From Intoshia linei (lineage: Eukaryota; Animalia; Orthonectida): DNA of 64,000 nt. The translations under genes were made by a program, and so were the position numbers. The DNA is taken from contig LWCA01000013.1 in NCBI GenBank assembly GCA_001642005.1, positions 1 through 64,000 of the forward strand. The letters run 5' to 3'. This document shows positions 1 to 10,300 of the stretch, piece by piece (positions within the stretch are counted from its first letter, which is position 1; every line of letters begins with the position of its first letter). The notes beneath the pieces were generated by a model. That model searched no databases. It saw only the letters and a program-made list of their open reading frames with translations, and had not been told where the DNA came from.

Positions 1-197
1 ATATACCTTTTATTTTGTATAGACGTATATTCATCTAATGTCAATGAGTAGCGAATCCCTAAAGCTACTTGTTTTTAAAAATAGCAAATGAGTTCTTTCT
101 TTTTAGTTATGTAGTAATTCATGACCATATTCTTGACTCCGTTTGAAGATGTTGGTGGTAATTTATCATATTTACCTTTCTGAACTTGAAGGTTTGT
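1..197 (-). pseudogene. hAT-family transposase fragment (region of the first catalytic Asp) with an in-frame stop; continues off the window
   Basis: Minus strand reads KGKYDKLPPTSSNGVKNMVMNYYITKKKELICYF*KQVALGIRYSLTLDEYTSIQNKRY. The SLTLDEYTS..NKRY segment matches the hAT S(L/I)TxDEWTS motif. Confidence 0.7.
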
Positions 198-213
198 CTG
201 TATAAAATAAGAA

Positions 214-475
214 GTCATGGTTTACAGAGTAGTATGTTAATCACCGTTTATAACTAAACATCTTAGTTTTTTAATTTTCATTCTAGCTGTCTTAGTTTGA
301 TTTTTATCAACGATTCAATTTCTTAAATTTAGGGTATAAATGTAAAGTGAAAAAAAATTTGTATTGAAAATTCAATCGTTGATAAAAATCGAACTAAAAC
401 AGCTAGAATGAAAATTAACAAACTAAGATGTTTAGTTATAAACGGTGATTAACATAATACTCTGTAAACCATGAC
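214..475. mobile_element. Foldback/MITE-like element: ~110-bp near-perfect inverted arms around a ~45-bp spacer
   Basis: GTCATGGTTTACAGAGTAGTATGTTAATCACCGTTTATAACTAAACATCTTAG... (214-322) is the reverse complement of 366-475 with only a few mismatches. No convincing TSD. Confidence 0.8.
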
Positions 476-849
476 AATTCACTGTAACACTGTTTTTAAA
501 AAAAATGAAGTTATATTTTAATTTTATTATAAGATTTGTAATGGTTTATTTAAAATGTTAAACCACAGCGAGTTGACATCTTTGTCAAATAAAATTTTAT
601 ATTAATTAGTTTTTCCCTAAAATACACCATTTGCACGCTAACCATCCTTGATTCTTTGATGGATGTGACACCCTAATAACCACAGTTGACTAATTTTAAT
701 TAACTCGCGGACCACCATTTTGCCACCATTGATATGTATTAAATTAAATTTAATTGATGTCATGTCTCATGGCCAAGGGTGATCGATTTACAAGTTTTTA
801 TAACCAAAAAAAAACAGCTGGTATCAGCAAATTTGGTTCGATTACAAGG

Positions 850-1027
850 TTTTTTGTAAAATCAAATTTAAAATGCAAAGAATGGATTTTTACATAAAAA
901 GCTTAAAATGGTATTTTTTATTCAATATTATTAAATTAAATTATGGTGGTTTAAAATTTAAATTCTTAAAATAATGATTTAGAGATTGTCTAGGCTTCGG
1001 ATAAAATCCCAACATCTGACAATTCTG
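850..1027 (-). mobile_element. Terminal fragment of a DNA-transposon family (end CAGAGTTGCCAGATG-like); second copy at ~59683-59860
   Basis: The reverse complement (CAGAATTGTCAGATGTTGGGATTTTATCCGAAGCC...) aligns with 59683 CAGAGTTGCCAGATGTTGGAATTTATTCCAAAGCC... Confidence 0.55.
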
Positions 1028-1085
1028 TAATAATTTATCTTACAAACATAACCTAATTTTTTAATTTTTCAGATAACACATTTGC

Positions 1086-1556
1086 TCATGACTCATAAGA
1101 CATACATGTCGCATTGTACAATTCGAATAAATCTTCCAATTCTACGGCTTTAAAATACAATAGATCCGAAGTATCTTTAATAGAAGTGTATAAATCATTC
1201 AATTTTGATGTTGCCAATTCATCTGATACTTCTATATTTTTATTTTATAATTATTATACTATGACCTAACATATATCTATGTTAATGATATCCTACATTA
1301 TATAACAAAGCGTTACAGACTTTATAAAATTAGCCAAAAATGTTACATACTAAGTTCCTTTTGTTCATTGGAGTATTGCGCTACAAAATTAATATACAGC
1401 ATACATTATAGTTATAACAGTTATACAAATCTTTAGATCTATACAAAATTCATTTAAAATAAAAATATGAAAAAACCAAATAAGTAGTACCCTCTCATTT
1501 AATGCGTTCAAAAAATTGCTGAGAAAGAGCACAAATAAAATCGTAAAAATCTTCAT
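1086..1556 (-). CDS. Small putative secreted protein (~85 aa) with signal peptide and RR/KR dibasic sites; possible peptide precursor
   Basis: Exon 1491-1556 MKIFTILFVLFLSNFLNALNER; exon 1351-1380 RNTPMNKRNL (AG/GT flanked, phase 0); probable micro-exon ~1271-1292; last exon ...SDELATSKLNDLYTSIKDTSDLLYFKAVELEDLFELYNATCMSYES*. The last junction is uncertain. Confidence 0.5.
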
Positions 1557-1724
1557 ATTTTTTAAATAAAATTCAAACAAATATTTTAAAAATAAAAATA
1601 TTCTAAAAAAATATACCTTAAATAGTAGAAAATGTAGGTTATGTGTTAATTGAACCGAAATGTCGATTGTTATAATAATTAAACTATTACCAATTAATTC
1701 ATATTTCTTTCATGTATAAAAATT

Positions 1725-1911
1725 GTAAATTTTAAATTTTATAATATAATCATATTTTCATACTAATAACAAACATAAATCAAATACCGGTATGTTTCAA
1801 TTTTTTTCGGGAAATTCCGGGAAATCGTAAAAATCCCGGGAAATTTAATTGCCAGAAATTATTAAATATCCCGGGAATTTTGTCCCGGTTTTTTCCCCGC
1901 CACAATCACCA
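1725..1911 (-). mobile_element. Isolated left end of the TAGTGATTGTG hAT family (same family as 15319 and 57489)
   Basis: The reverse complement matches the first ~200 bp of the 57489 and 15319 elements, including CCCGGGA subterminal repeats, and ends ...CACAATCACCA. Confidence 0.75.
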
Positions 1912-2650
1912 ATTGCACCTCCAATTTTTCTAGTCTAAATTTCATTAGTAGTAACATGAGTATGATAAAAATATTACCTGTGTCGAAATGGCGCCATTAG
2001 AAACAATTTGAAAAATAAATAATTGTCATTGGAAACACATTTAAATACATTTTAATTATTATTTAATTCAAATTATTATTCATTTAATCACATTTACACT
2101 TAACTTTCCATGTACAATTAAATTAAACCCTTTTAAATTACACTAAAAGCTATTTCAATAATTTTGGATCAAAAAATCCTAAAACAGCTACAGTATTTAT
2201 AAGTTGAGTTAAAATTTATAATATATTTTTTTAGAAAATAATATTTTTAGGGTTCGAAAAAAGAACTCATGACTACATTATCACATAGGGATTATACCTG
2301 ACATACAATCTACGTTCAAAATCGAAATTTATAAAAATTTAATTTAATTTTTTCAGGTTTTTAACAAACAAGTACAGTATCTTAATTAGTAAATTAATTG
2401 AATAAATAAATGATGATATGGGTTGCTACGTTAAATAACTCACCTAAAAAATTTTTTCCAATTACCCAGAGTCGCATTGACCGAAAATTGACTAACTAGT
2501 TAACTACAAATATAACACTTCTATATCTATAACATATTTGTCCAGTGTCTAGGATATATCCAGGTTATTGGAATGTTTAAATAAACTTAAAATATTGGAT
2601 TTATCTCTAAAAATTATTTCTTTAAAACTAACCAAATACAATAATATATT

Positions 2651-5600
2651 ATGGAAATGAATTTTTGCAATTTATTTTCGATTTTGAAGGGTATATAAAA
2701 TAATGTACACAAAATTATTTACAAAAAAAATTTAGAAGTAATTGAAGAATTTAAAAACTCATTAGCTGACGTTAGAAGCGCAAAAATTAGTTCATTTAAT
2801 TATAAAAAAAATACACTAAAAGCAGTTTTAATTGTTGTAGATGCAATTCTTCAAAAAAATTTAAAAAGTAATACCGTCATCGTGCTCGTTTCTATAAAAT
2901 GTTTAGAATCCAATTATTTCCGAAAATTTGATTATTGGAACTTTTTCAAGGAAACATTGTCAGAAAACAAAATGTACATGTCATATATAAACAACACGGA
3001 ATTATCCCTATTGGATTGTAGCAACATTGAATCTTGTAGAATCTTCATAAAACGAATTTTCTTGGATAAAGTTTTAGCCGAAATTTTACAGTCTGCAGCA
3101 GGAAATGAAAAATGCATAAGGTAAATTAAAATAAACTAATATCACCAAATTTTAGTCGATACTATGAATCAAATTCAATTTGGTTCAAAAGAGACATATT
3201 AAATTCAATTATAAATTTACTATACGATACCGATTTCGATTATAATCCCACTGATTACATTGAAAGTGGGTTTGATAAAGATTGGGACCTGTCCATTTAT
3301 TATAAAGATATATATTCAATCAAAAATTCAAATCAATCTTCAAAATCATCCATAAATGAGTCTATTCTTAAAATGAACGATTTATCAATTGATGAAACAT
3401 GTCGAGACAAATACACTTGTCTGAATTGTTTAGATTTTGAAAATTTAATTTCAAAAATTTATAGCAATATACATGATACAGACCACACATCGTTTATTTC
3501 AACATTAGACAAATTAAATAAAATTAAATTGTATTTTGAACACGTAAAAAACCTAAAATCTACAGAATCACAAACTACATTACAAAAACGCATCAAAAAT
3601 GACACACCTTTAAAAAATAATCAAATGTCTTTGAAACAACTTGCCGTCAATGTCTTGTTGAGACACAATTGTATAATTTTAGATTTTATTAAAAAAACTA
3701 ATGAACCAGTTTTACAACCCAGTTCGATAAACACGTGTCAATCAAATATCCAGGGTACCAAATATACAAGTTCATTAAAAGATTCCACGTCAAAATATGA
3801 TATTGATTCTTATTCAAATGTACAGGATATAAATGACGAAAAATACTTGTTAATTAGTAAAAATTATGTCATTGTGTGTGAGAAAATTATTGAAATTGAA
3901 AATGTTTTAAACCTACAAAATACAAAACCTACAGCCAATGTTTGTTTGGAAAACTCTGAAAATTTTATTAGTGTTCAAAATCGTTTGGATGATATAATCA
4001 AAACTATAAAATCTAATGTTCAAAATGTATATATTAACGATTCACGTGAAAAAAATGAAGATGGCAATGTAATTTATAATTTTTAACAATTAGAATATCA
4101 TTATTATTTATGGGTCCGATATTATCGGGTTTAAACATTTGAGCATGACGAGAACATAATATTTATTACTTGGGTGAAAGATAAAAATAAAAAGTTTAAA
4201 TGTTGATTTTTAAAAGACGTAAAGCTTCAAAGTCAAGATGGTTTATTTAGAAAGTGATGGCAACCAAATATAACGTGGTGTGCTTAAGATTATATTCGAA
4301 AATTATTGAAGTGTTTTCTAATAAAAAAATTGTTACTCAGCGCGCCAATTGAAACCAAAGCTATTTTTTTACAAATATGAGAAAATTAGTAATATTTTAA
4401 GCAGATTTTCAATGGAATAAACAATTTTCATTGAATAAATCTTGTATATTTCAATGATATGCGAGTGAACCTTGTTTACTCACGGAATTTATTTTTTTAT
4501 CATTTTTTGATATGAAATTTAATTTTTAAGGTGTATGACATATAGGGTTGCCAACTGCCTTATTTTCCCCCTGAGACTTGGGGTTTTCAAATTAAACTCA
4601 TGGCTCAGGGTTAAGTGATATTTCTGAGGGTAATTTAATTATTTCAATCAAAATCATTAAATCAGACTTATAATAAAAAATATTTTTTTGTCATTAATTA
4701 GACCCATTTTAATTTTTTTCTCATGCAGGTAAGATTGTTGTCAATAATTTATTGTTGTCAGATTTGAATAAATAATATAAACATAATGGCAAGGTTACAC
4801 ACAATGTTATAAATCTTATTTATGAATATTATTTCCTTTGATCAGGCCGATGTTTTTCTCATCCTGTATAACCCTGTATTTTTGTTCTTAGAAAAAATGT
4901 GCAAGATTTCGTTAAAATTACCATTTAAAGTGGTGTGTGCAAATTTTAAGAACATTAGGCTAGATTTTAATTAATAATTTTTAATTAGAATTATAAAAAT
5001 TAACGTTGCGATGATACGCTAATACATAAAGCCAACTTACATCTTAACTTACGCATCTTAGAGCCTAGACCAGGGGTGCACAACCTTTCCTCAATTCAGC
5101 CGCAAAGTTACTTCCCTCATTGATACTACAGCCGCACAAAATTTACTTTGACATTGAGAAAATTTAAATCCATTTTGAGAATGTGGGTAAAGTCAAAAAT
5201 GAACTTTTTGAGAAAAATATTTTAAATTGCCCTTGAATAAAATGTGATTTACATTTTTTAAACTTTAAATTTTTTCAATGTGACTTAAAATGGTATATTT
5301 CACTGCACAATAAAGCAACCACAAAATTTAAATTAAGTTATTTTAAAAAGATGGCATTTTGTGCACCCCTGACTTAGGCCCTTTTGGGATTTTTGACGAA
5401 ATTACAACTAAATTTTTATAAAATGGTGGTCTCATTTTTCTAAATATAATGACATTAAATTAATGAGCATTCAATAAAAATTATATTTTTCAATAGCATA
5501 ACTTTTATTTGTCAAAATTAAATTTTAAAGGTCGGAAACCAGTGGCCCTCAGAATAATTTTGGTGGCCCTTTGACTAAATATGTAAATTATTTATTTTTC

Positions 5601-6709
5601 AACTTTGAAACACCGTTTTAAACATTTTATACTATAATTGGCTCATTTTAATACTGAATTTTCAGGTCGTCCCGGATTTTATTTTGTTGAATATACTAGA
5701 ATCGTTTCTCTTCATTTAAAATTAAAATCTATCATGTGTTAATTTTCAAAAACGTTGCCGCACTTGGGCAATTCTATGGTAACATATGATATTGTCATTC
5801 GTAAAATACTTTTCACTGTTGTCAACTTGTCATCTGTTAGTCTCGGTCTTGTTTTACACTTTTTAAACTGCATTAAAGAATTTTTTTGTATTTATACGTA
5901 CTAAAAATATAGTAGGAATGTACCAATGTGCCGAAATTATATTTAGGTTAAATTAATTATTTAGATGTTTTCATCTTTAGAAAACGATTCTACAGATTCA
6001 GGTAAATATAACAATATATAATTTTTTAACTGATTATAATTAAAAAAAATAGATTCATTTACCGTAATAAAGGATGATGAAATCAAGAAAATTCAAAATG
6101 AAATTATGAATGAACCAAGATTAAAGTAAATTATAATTGTTAGGGTAACCAATTGCACCGATATGTACTTTTTTGCAAATTTTCAAAATTTTGCAATCTT
6201 TATGCAGCTTTTTGGTTTTCCTACTAATGACTGTATATATAAAAACCATATAATTTAATAATCAAATTTGAATGTATTAATAGATGTAAATACGCAAGCG
6301 TTATTAATGCGACAGCACTTTCCATAAATATGGTACCCCAAAATACCCTCTTATTCAAACACGTTTATATACAAGCTGGGTACATGTATGCAATCCCGAT
6401 AAGAGTTTCTGATATCAACACAAATTTTGAATGGAAATTCAATACACAAACTCATGTATTTTTAAAAAATTTTTAATATAATGTCGTTTTTAGACAATCT
6501 GGTTCAAAATAACATATTATGATGAAAATTCTATAGAAAGTACTACTATACTCGAGAAATGTGAATGTTTTTCTGCAAAAACGTACATTACCGGAAATCT
6601 TAAACCTTTGGTGCCAGGAATTTATACTCTATTTTTTGAAAATACTTTATCCAGGATTTTACCCAAAGTTTTAAATTTATATATAACATTTCTACGTACA
6701 AGTGCTTAA
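2651..6709 (+). CDS. FYCO1: FYCO1-like autophagosome/lysosome transport adaptor: RUN domain, linker, LIR motif, GOLD domain (~600 aa; no FYVE domain found)
   Basis: In-frame exons 2651-2690, 2736-2867, 2907-3120, 3156-4068, 5965-6001, 6053-6125, 6284-6455, 6494-6709. RUN: DYWNFFKETL...CRIFIKRIFLDKVLAEILQSAAGNEKCISRYY...IINLLYD. LIR: DSFTVIKDDEIKKIQ, cf. FYCO1 FDIITDEELCQIQ. GOLD: PGIYTLFFENTLSRILPK, cf. PGIYMLIFDNTFSRFVSK. Confidence 0.8.
5071..5371. mobile_element. hAT (Charlie/Buster-like) MITE in a FYCO1 intron
   Basis: TIRs CAGGGGTGCACAA / TTGTGCACCCCTG; degenerate 8-bp TSD gcctagac/acttaggc with central TA. Confidence 0.7.
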
Positions 6710-6717
6710 TATCATAT

Positions 6718-7384
6718 TTATTCATTGGATTTATTTTCATCTTTAATGTAATTGTATACATCGGAACTGATTAGATTTTCCATATTAAATTCAAGAACTT
6801 TTCCACCATCTAGATGTATATATTGTAGCAGAATTTTTACCTTTTTAACATTATGTGGGCAGGAATATTACATAAAAAGAATGAATCAAATTCACACCTA
6901 ATTATTTAATTTTCTGAAAACCATAATTATAATTATTATCGTTTACATACATGTATGTTAATAAAAAATATAAATTATCACATCAAATTTTATTCAACCA
7001 AATTTAATAAAAATCTTAATCTGTATAATTGTTTATAAAAGAATTAAATTATCAAACGTAGTCACTTTCTAGGTTAAGGCTAAATTATTGAGATATACAT
7101 TCTAGACGAAATTTAAATATACCATATTTGAACGTAATTTTGGGTTTAGCATTTCCTGAAACGACGTCAACATTAAACATACATAAAGGGTTCAATTTCT
7201 GTAAAGTTTTATAAGAATCAAAAAGAGCTATTCTATAAAATGAAATAAAGTATATAAAATAAATTAAAAACCTTGTTTCAGTCGAATTTTCCAAAAAAGG
7301 ATTGAAACGAAATGTTGCCTTTTTAATTAAAGCTTTATTGGTAAATGTTTTAATTGTTTTTACGTAAATTTCTCGGGCAGACAT
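6718..7384 (-). CDS. MRPL53: Mitochondrial large-subunit ribosomal protein mL53
   Basis: Exons 7272-7384, 7123-7232, 6718-6809 give ...IKKATFRFNPFLENSTETRIALFDSYKTLQKLNPLCMFNVDVVSGNAKPKITFKYDGGKVLEFNMENL..., matching the mL53 pattern (F.PF..N...TR; NP.C....DV; P.......G..L). Confidence 0.75.
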
Positions 7385-7399
7385 TAAATAAAGTTTATT

Positions 7400-10300
7400 T
7401 CAAGTAAAAAATACACGAATACAAAATGTTTCTTCATTTTTATCTTCCTCATCATTAATGAAAAGCAAAATTTCGTCAATTTGATTTGGCTTTCCAGATA
7501 AAAACGTTAATCCTATACTATGGACACCATATGGCTCCATATCAAGAATGTTGTTTCGTAATTGCATGAGATTTGGTTTGTTGGTACGTATGTGAAATAT
7601 TTTACGGTGTTTGTAAGGGTTTGTATATGATATCTTTTTACTACAAGATTTCGTTATTGTGTTTTTATCTCCATTCGTTATGTTGTCAAACCCACATGGT
7701 ACGCTTATCTATTTAAATTTTAATTTTAAAATAAAATGAACAGTACATCAAAAGCTTTTGTAATTGTAACAGGAATGCAATTGAGAGAAATTAACCAAGT
7801 TCTCAGTAATAAATGAGAGTCCATATCCACAGCATTAATGTAAAACTGACGACGACCTTTAATTATAATATGGTATTTTTTTTAGTTTTACCTATAACGT
7901 CAGATCTGATTCCAATACAAATCTCTTGCAAAGAATTTGATGGTAACATGAAGGGTTTTTCCGGTATAATTTTCATTTCATCGTCAGAAGAACAATAGCA
8001 TTTTACCAGTCGTGACAAGTTATCACCTCTAATTTTAATTTTAGTACATTTAATGTATGTGAATATTTCTATAATCGTGTCATAAAGGTTTTAATCAGCG
8101 GTTCACAAATAAAGGTGTACGGCCCGTTATAGTCATAATAAATAAACTACCAATCAGCAAAATTAAATTAATGAAAAAAATTCAATATATAACTAAAAGC
8201 GTAAAGATATATAAAATGAATACCGTTTAATTAAGAAAGTAAATTTCTAATGCAATTTTCTAGAGACGTTTTATCGCAAATTTTATTATCAGAAACTGAG
8301 GTTTCAACGTCTAAAATCTCAATTGCCTTTTTAAATGAAAATAGTCAAAGTATTGTAAAAAACAAAATATGGGATAGTTTTAAATAATTTTTAGTCAGCA
8401 AGAATTTATAGTTGAAATTACAACGAATTGACACTGAATTGAATTATTACCAAATTAAATAATTATAATTAAAATAAATTGTTATTATTACCTCAACAAA
8501 ATTGTAAATCGAGTAGTTTGACCTTGGGTTCCTAGAACATCGACTTTTTGCAAAGAATGTATAAAAAATTGCCATATAAATGCAGGTTTAATCATAAACT
8601 GATCAGAATAGACAGATATATAAAATGTTTTTATGTATGGTGACGAATCTGCAGTACACTAGCAAAATAATAATTTAAATTAATGAGAAATGCATATTAC
8701 CTTTAAAAATATATCATATGCTTCATCCGGGTTAGTCGACTTTGCCTCGCATATAACCGTGGTGTCATTACATCTAATACTCATTTGTACAGGTAAATCG
8801 TATTTTGAAGCTAAATTGCAATGATTATTTTAATTATACTATACTTCTTACACGTATAATTATAATAATTATTATTATAAATTTTTTTAAATGCTTGTAC
8901 CTATTGCCTTTAAATTAACAATGCGTATAGACTTTTTAAAAAACGTATTTTCAGCTTGATAAAAACGAAAAATTTTTGAAACTGTTGGTGTTTGTACATT
9001 AACGTGAAGACTTAGGGAACTGAGTGGTTTATTATTTTCAGTTTTCAATAAAATCTAAAATAAATATTTTTAAATTTAATATACAATGTACCTCAACATC
9101 TTTAAATGTTTTGTTTAAATTTGATGTTTCGCTAAAAGTGTGATTTTGTGATTGACCTGAAGAGGTTTCACACCCCAAACCAAATGGAGCAGGAATTTTG
9201 TTATAGTTTGATTCATCAAAAATGTCCATTGAAATGTATTTAAAAGGTATAAATACTTTTTCTTTAGGTTTTAATAAGATTTTATACATTTTATGGCAAG
9301 TTCCTTGTTGGTTTGATTTATTGTTATATTCGCCAAATAGAGATTCTTCAATTGGAGTAAATATGTTATATTCATTTTTTAAACATCTCCATTCTCTACT
9401 ATTTGTTATGAGACTAAATTTGTATTATTAGATTAATTTTAAATGTGTATTAGGGAGTCACATCTATCAATCAAGGACAATTAGTTCTCAAGCGTTCATT
9501 TATGTAATATTAAGAATAGTTCACAATAAAAATAAAAACCCCATGCATAGAGATGCTCTTAAATATACTTCCCTCTGTATTTGATGAACTTACTACAAAT
9601 TTGAACTATTCCATTCAATAGTTATAAACTGTTCATTGTTGAACGGATTTTGAAATGGAAATTCAAAAAATTCACTAACTCCCATTGAAACGTACAACGT
9701 ATGATGGTTTGTTTGACATAACCTCAACATATTTGTTATCGCATGAGACTTAATTTGTTCTCGATATCTACCAATAGCGTCTAATTTCGCAATTTTCAAA
9801 GCTCGTTCTTTATACACACCCTAATTAAAAATAAATTTACATACAAATGTATATTGTATAAATTACTATATTTAATTCCTTTTCATTTATCCCAGATGAA
9901 GCAACCAAAAATCCGTCTTTATTGGAATTTTCATTTTTAATAATACACTGAAGACGGTCCAAACGTTCTAATCTTTTTGCTTCAACTTTTTCATTTTTTC
10001 CATTTAAATTCGCATTTTGTTTATTCAGGTCACCATTTTCTCCCATATATTTACATTCTATATTTTTCAACAGATCATTTAATTCCCTGTTGTTTTTACT
10101 CAAAACATTTGCAATAGTTCTGGAAACTTTTTCTTGTTTGCCCCGGTAATCATTATCGTTTGATTTATTTTTATATTGTGACCTTATCTGATTTTTTAAT
10201 GAATTTAAATTTCCACCCATAAACTGAAACCCCGATTCATTGTCAATTTCAATTACTCTCATACTTGTTGAATCTATGAAAAAATCTAAATTTTTTGATT

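Noticed and set aside
1-1911. One large hAT element (left end at 1911, transposase at 1-197) that captured the small secreted gene
   Set aside because: Orientation is compatible, but similarity to the family stops at ~1725, the other end and TSD are outside the window, and nothing ties the two pieces together.
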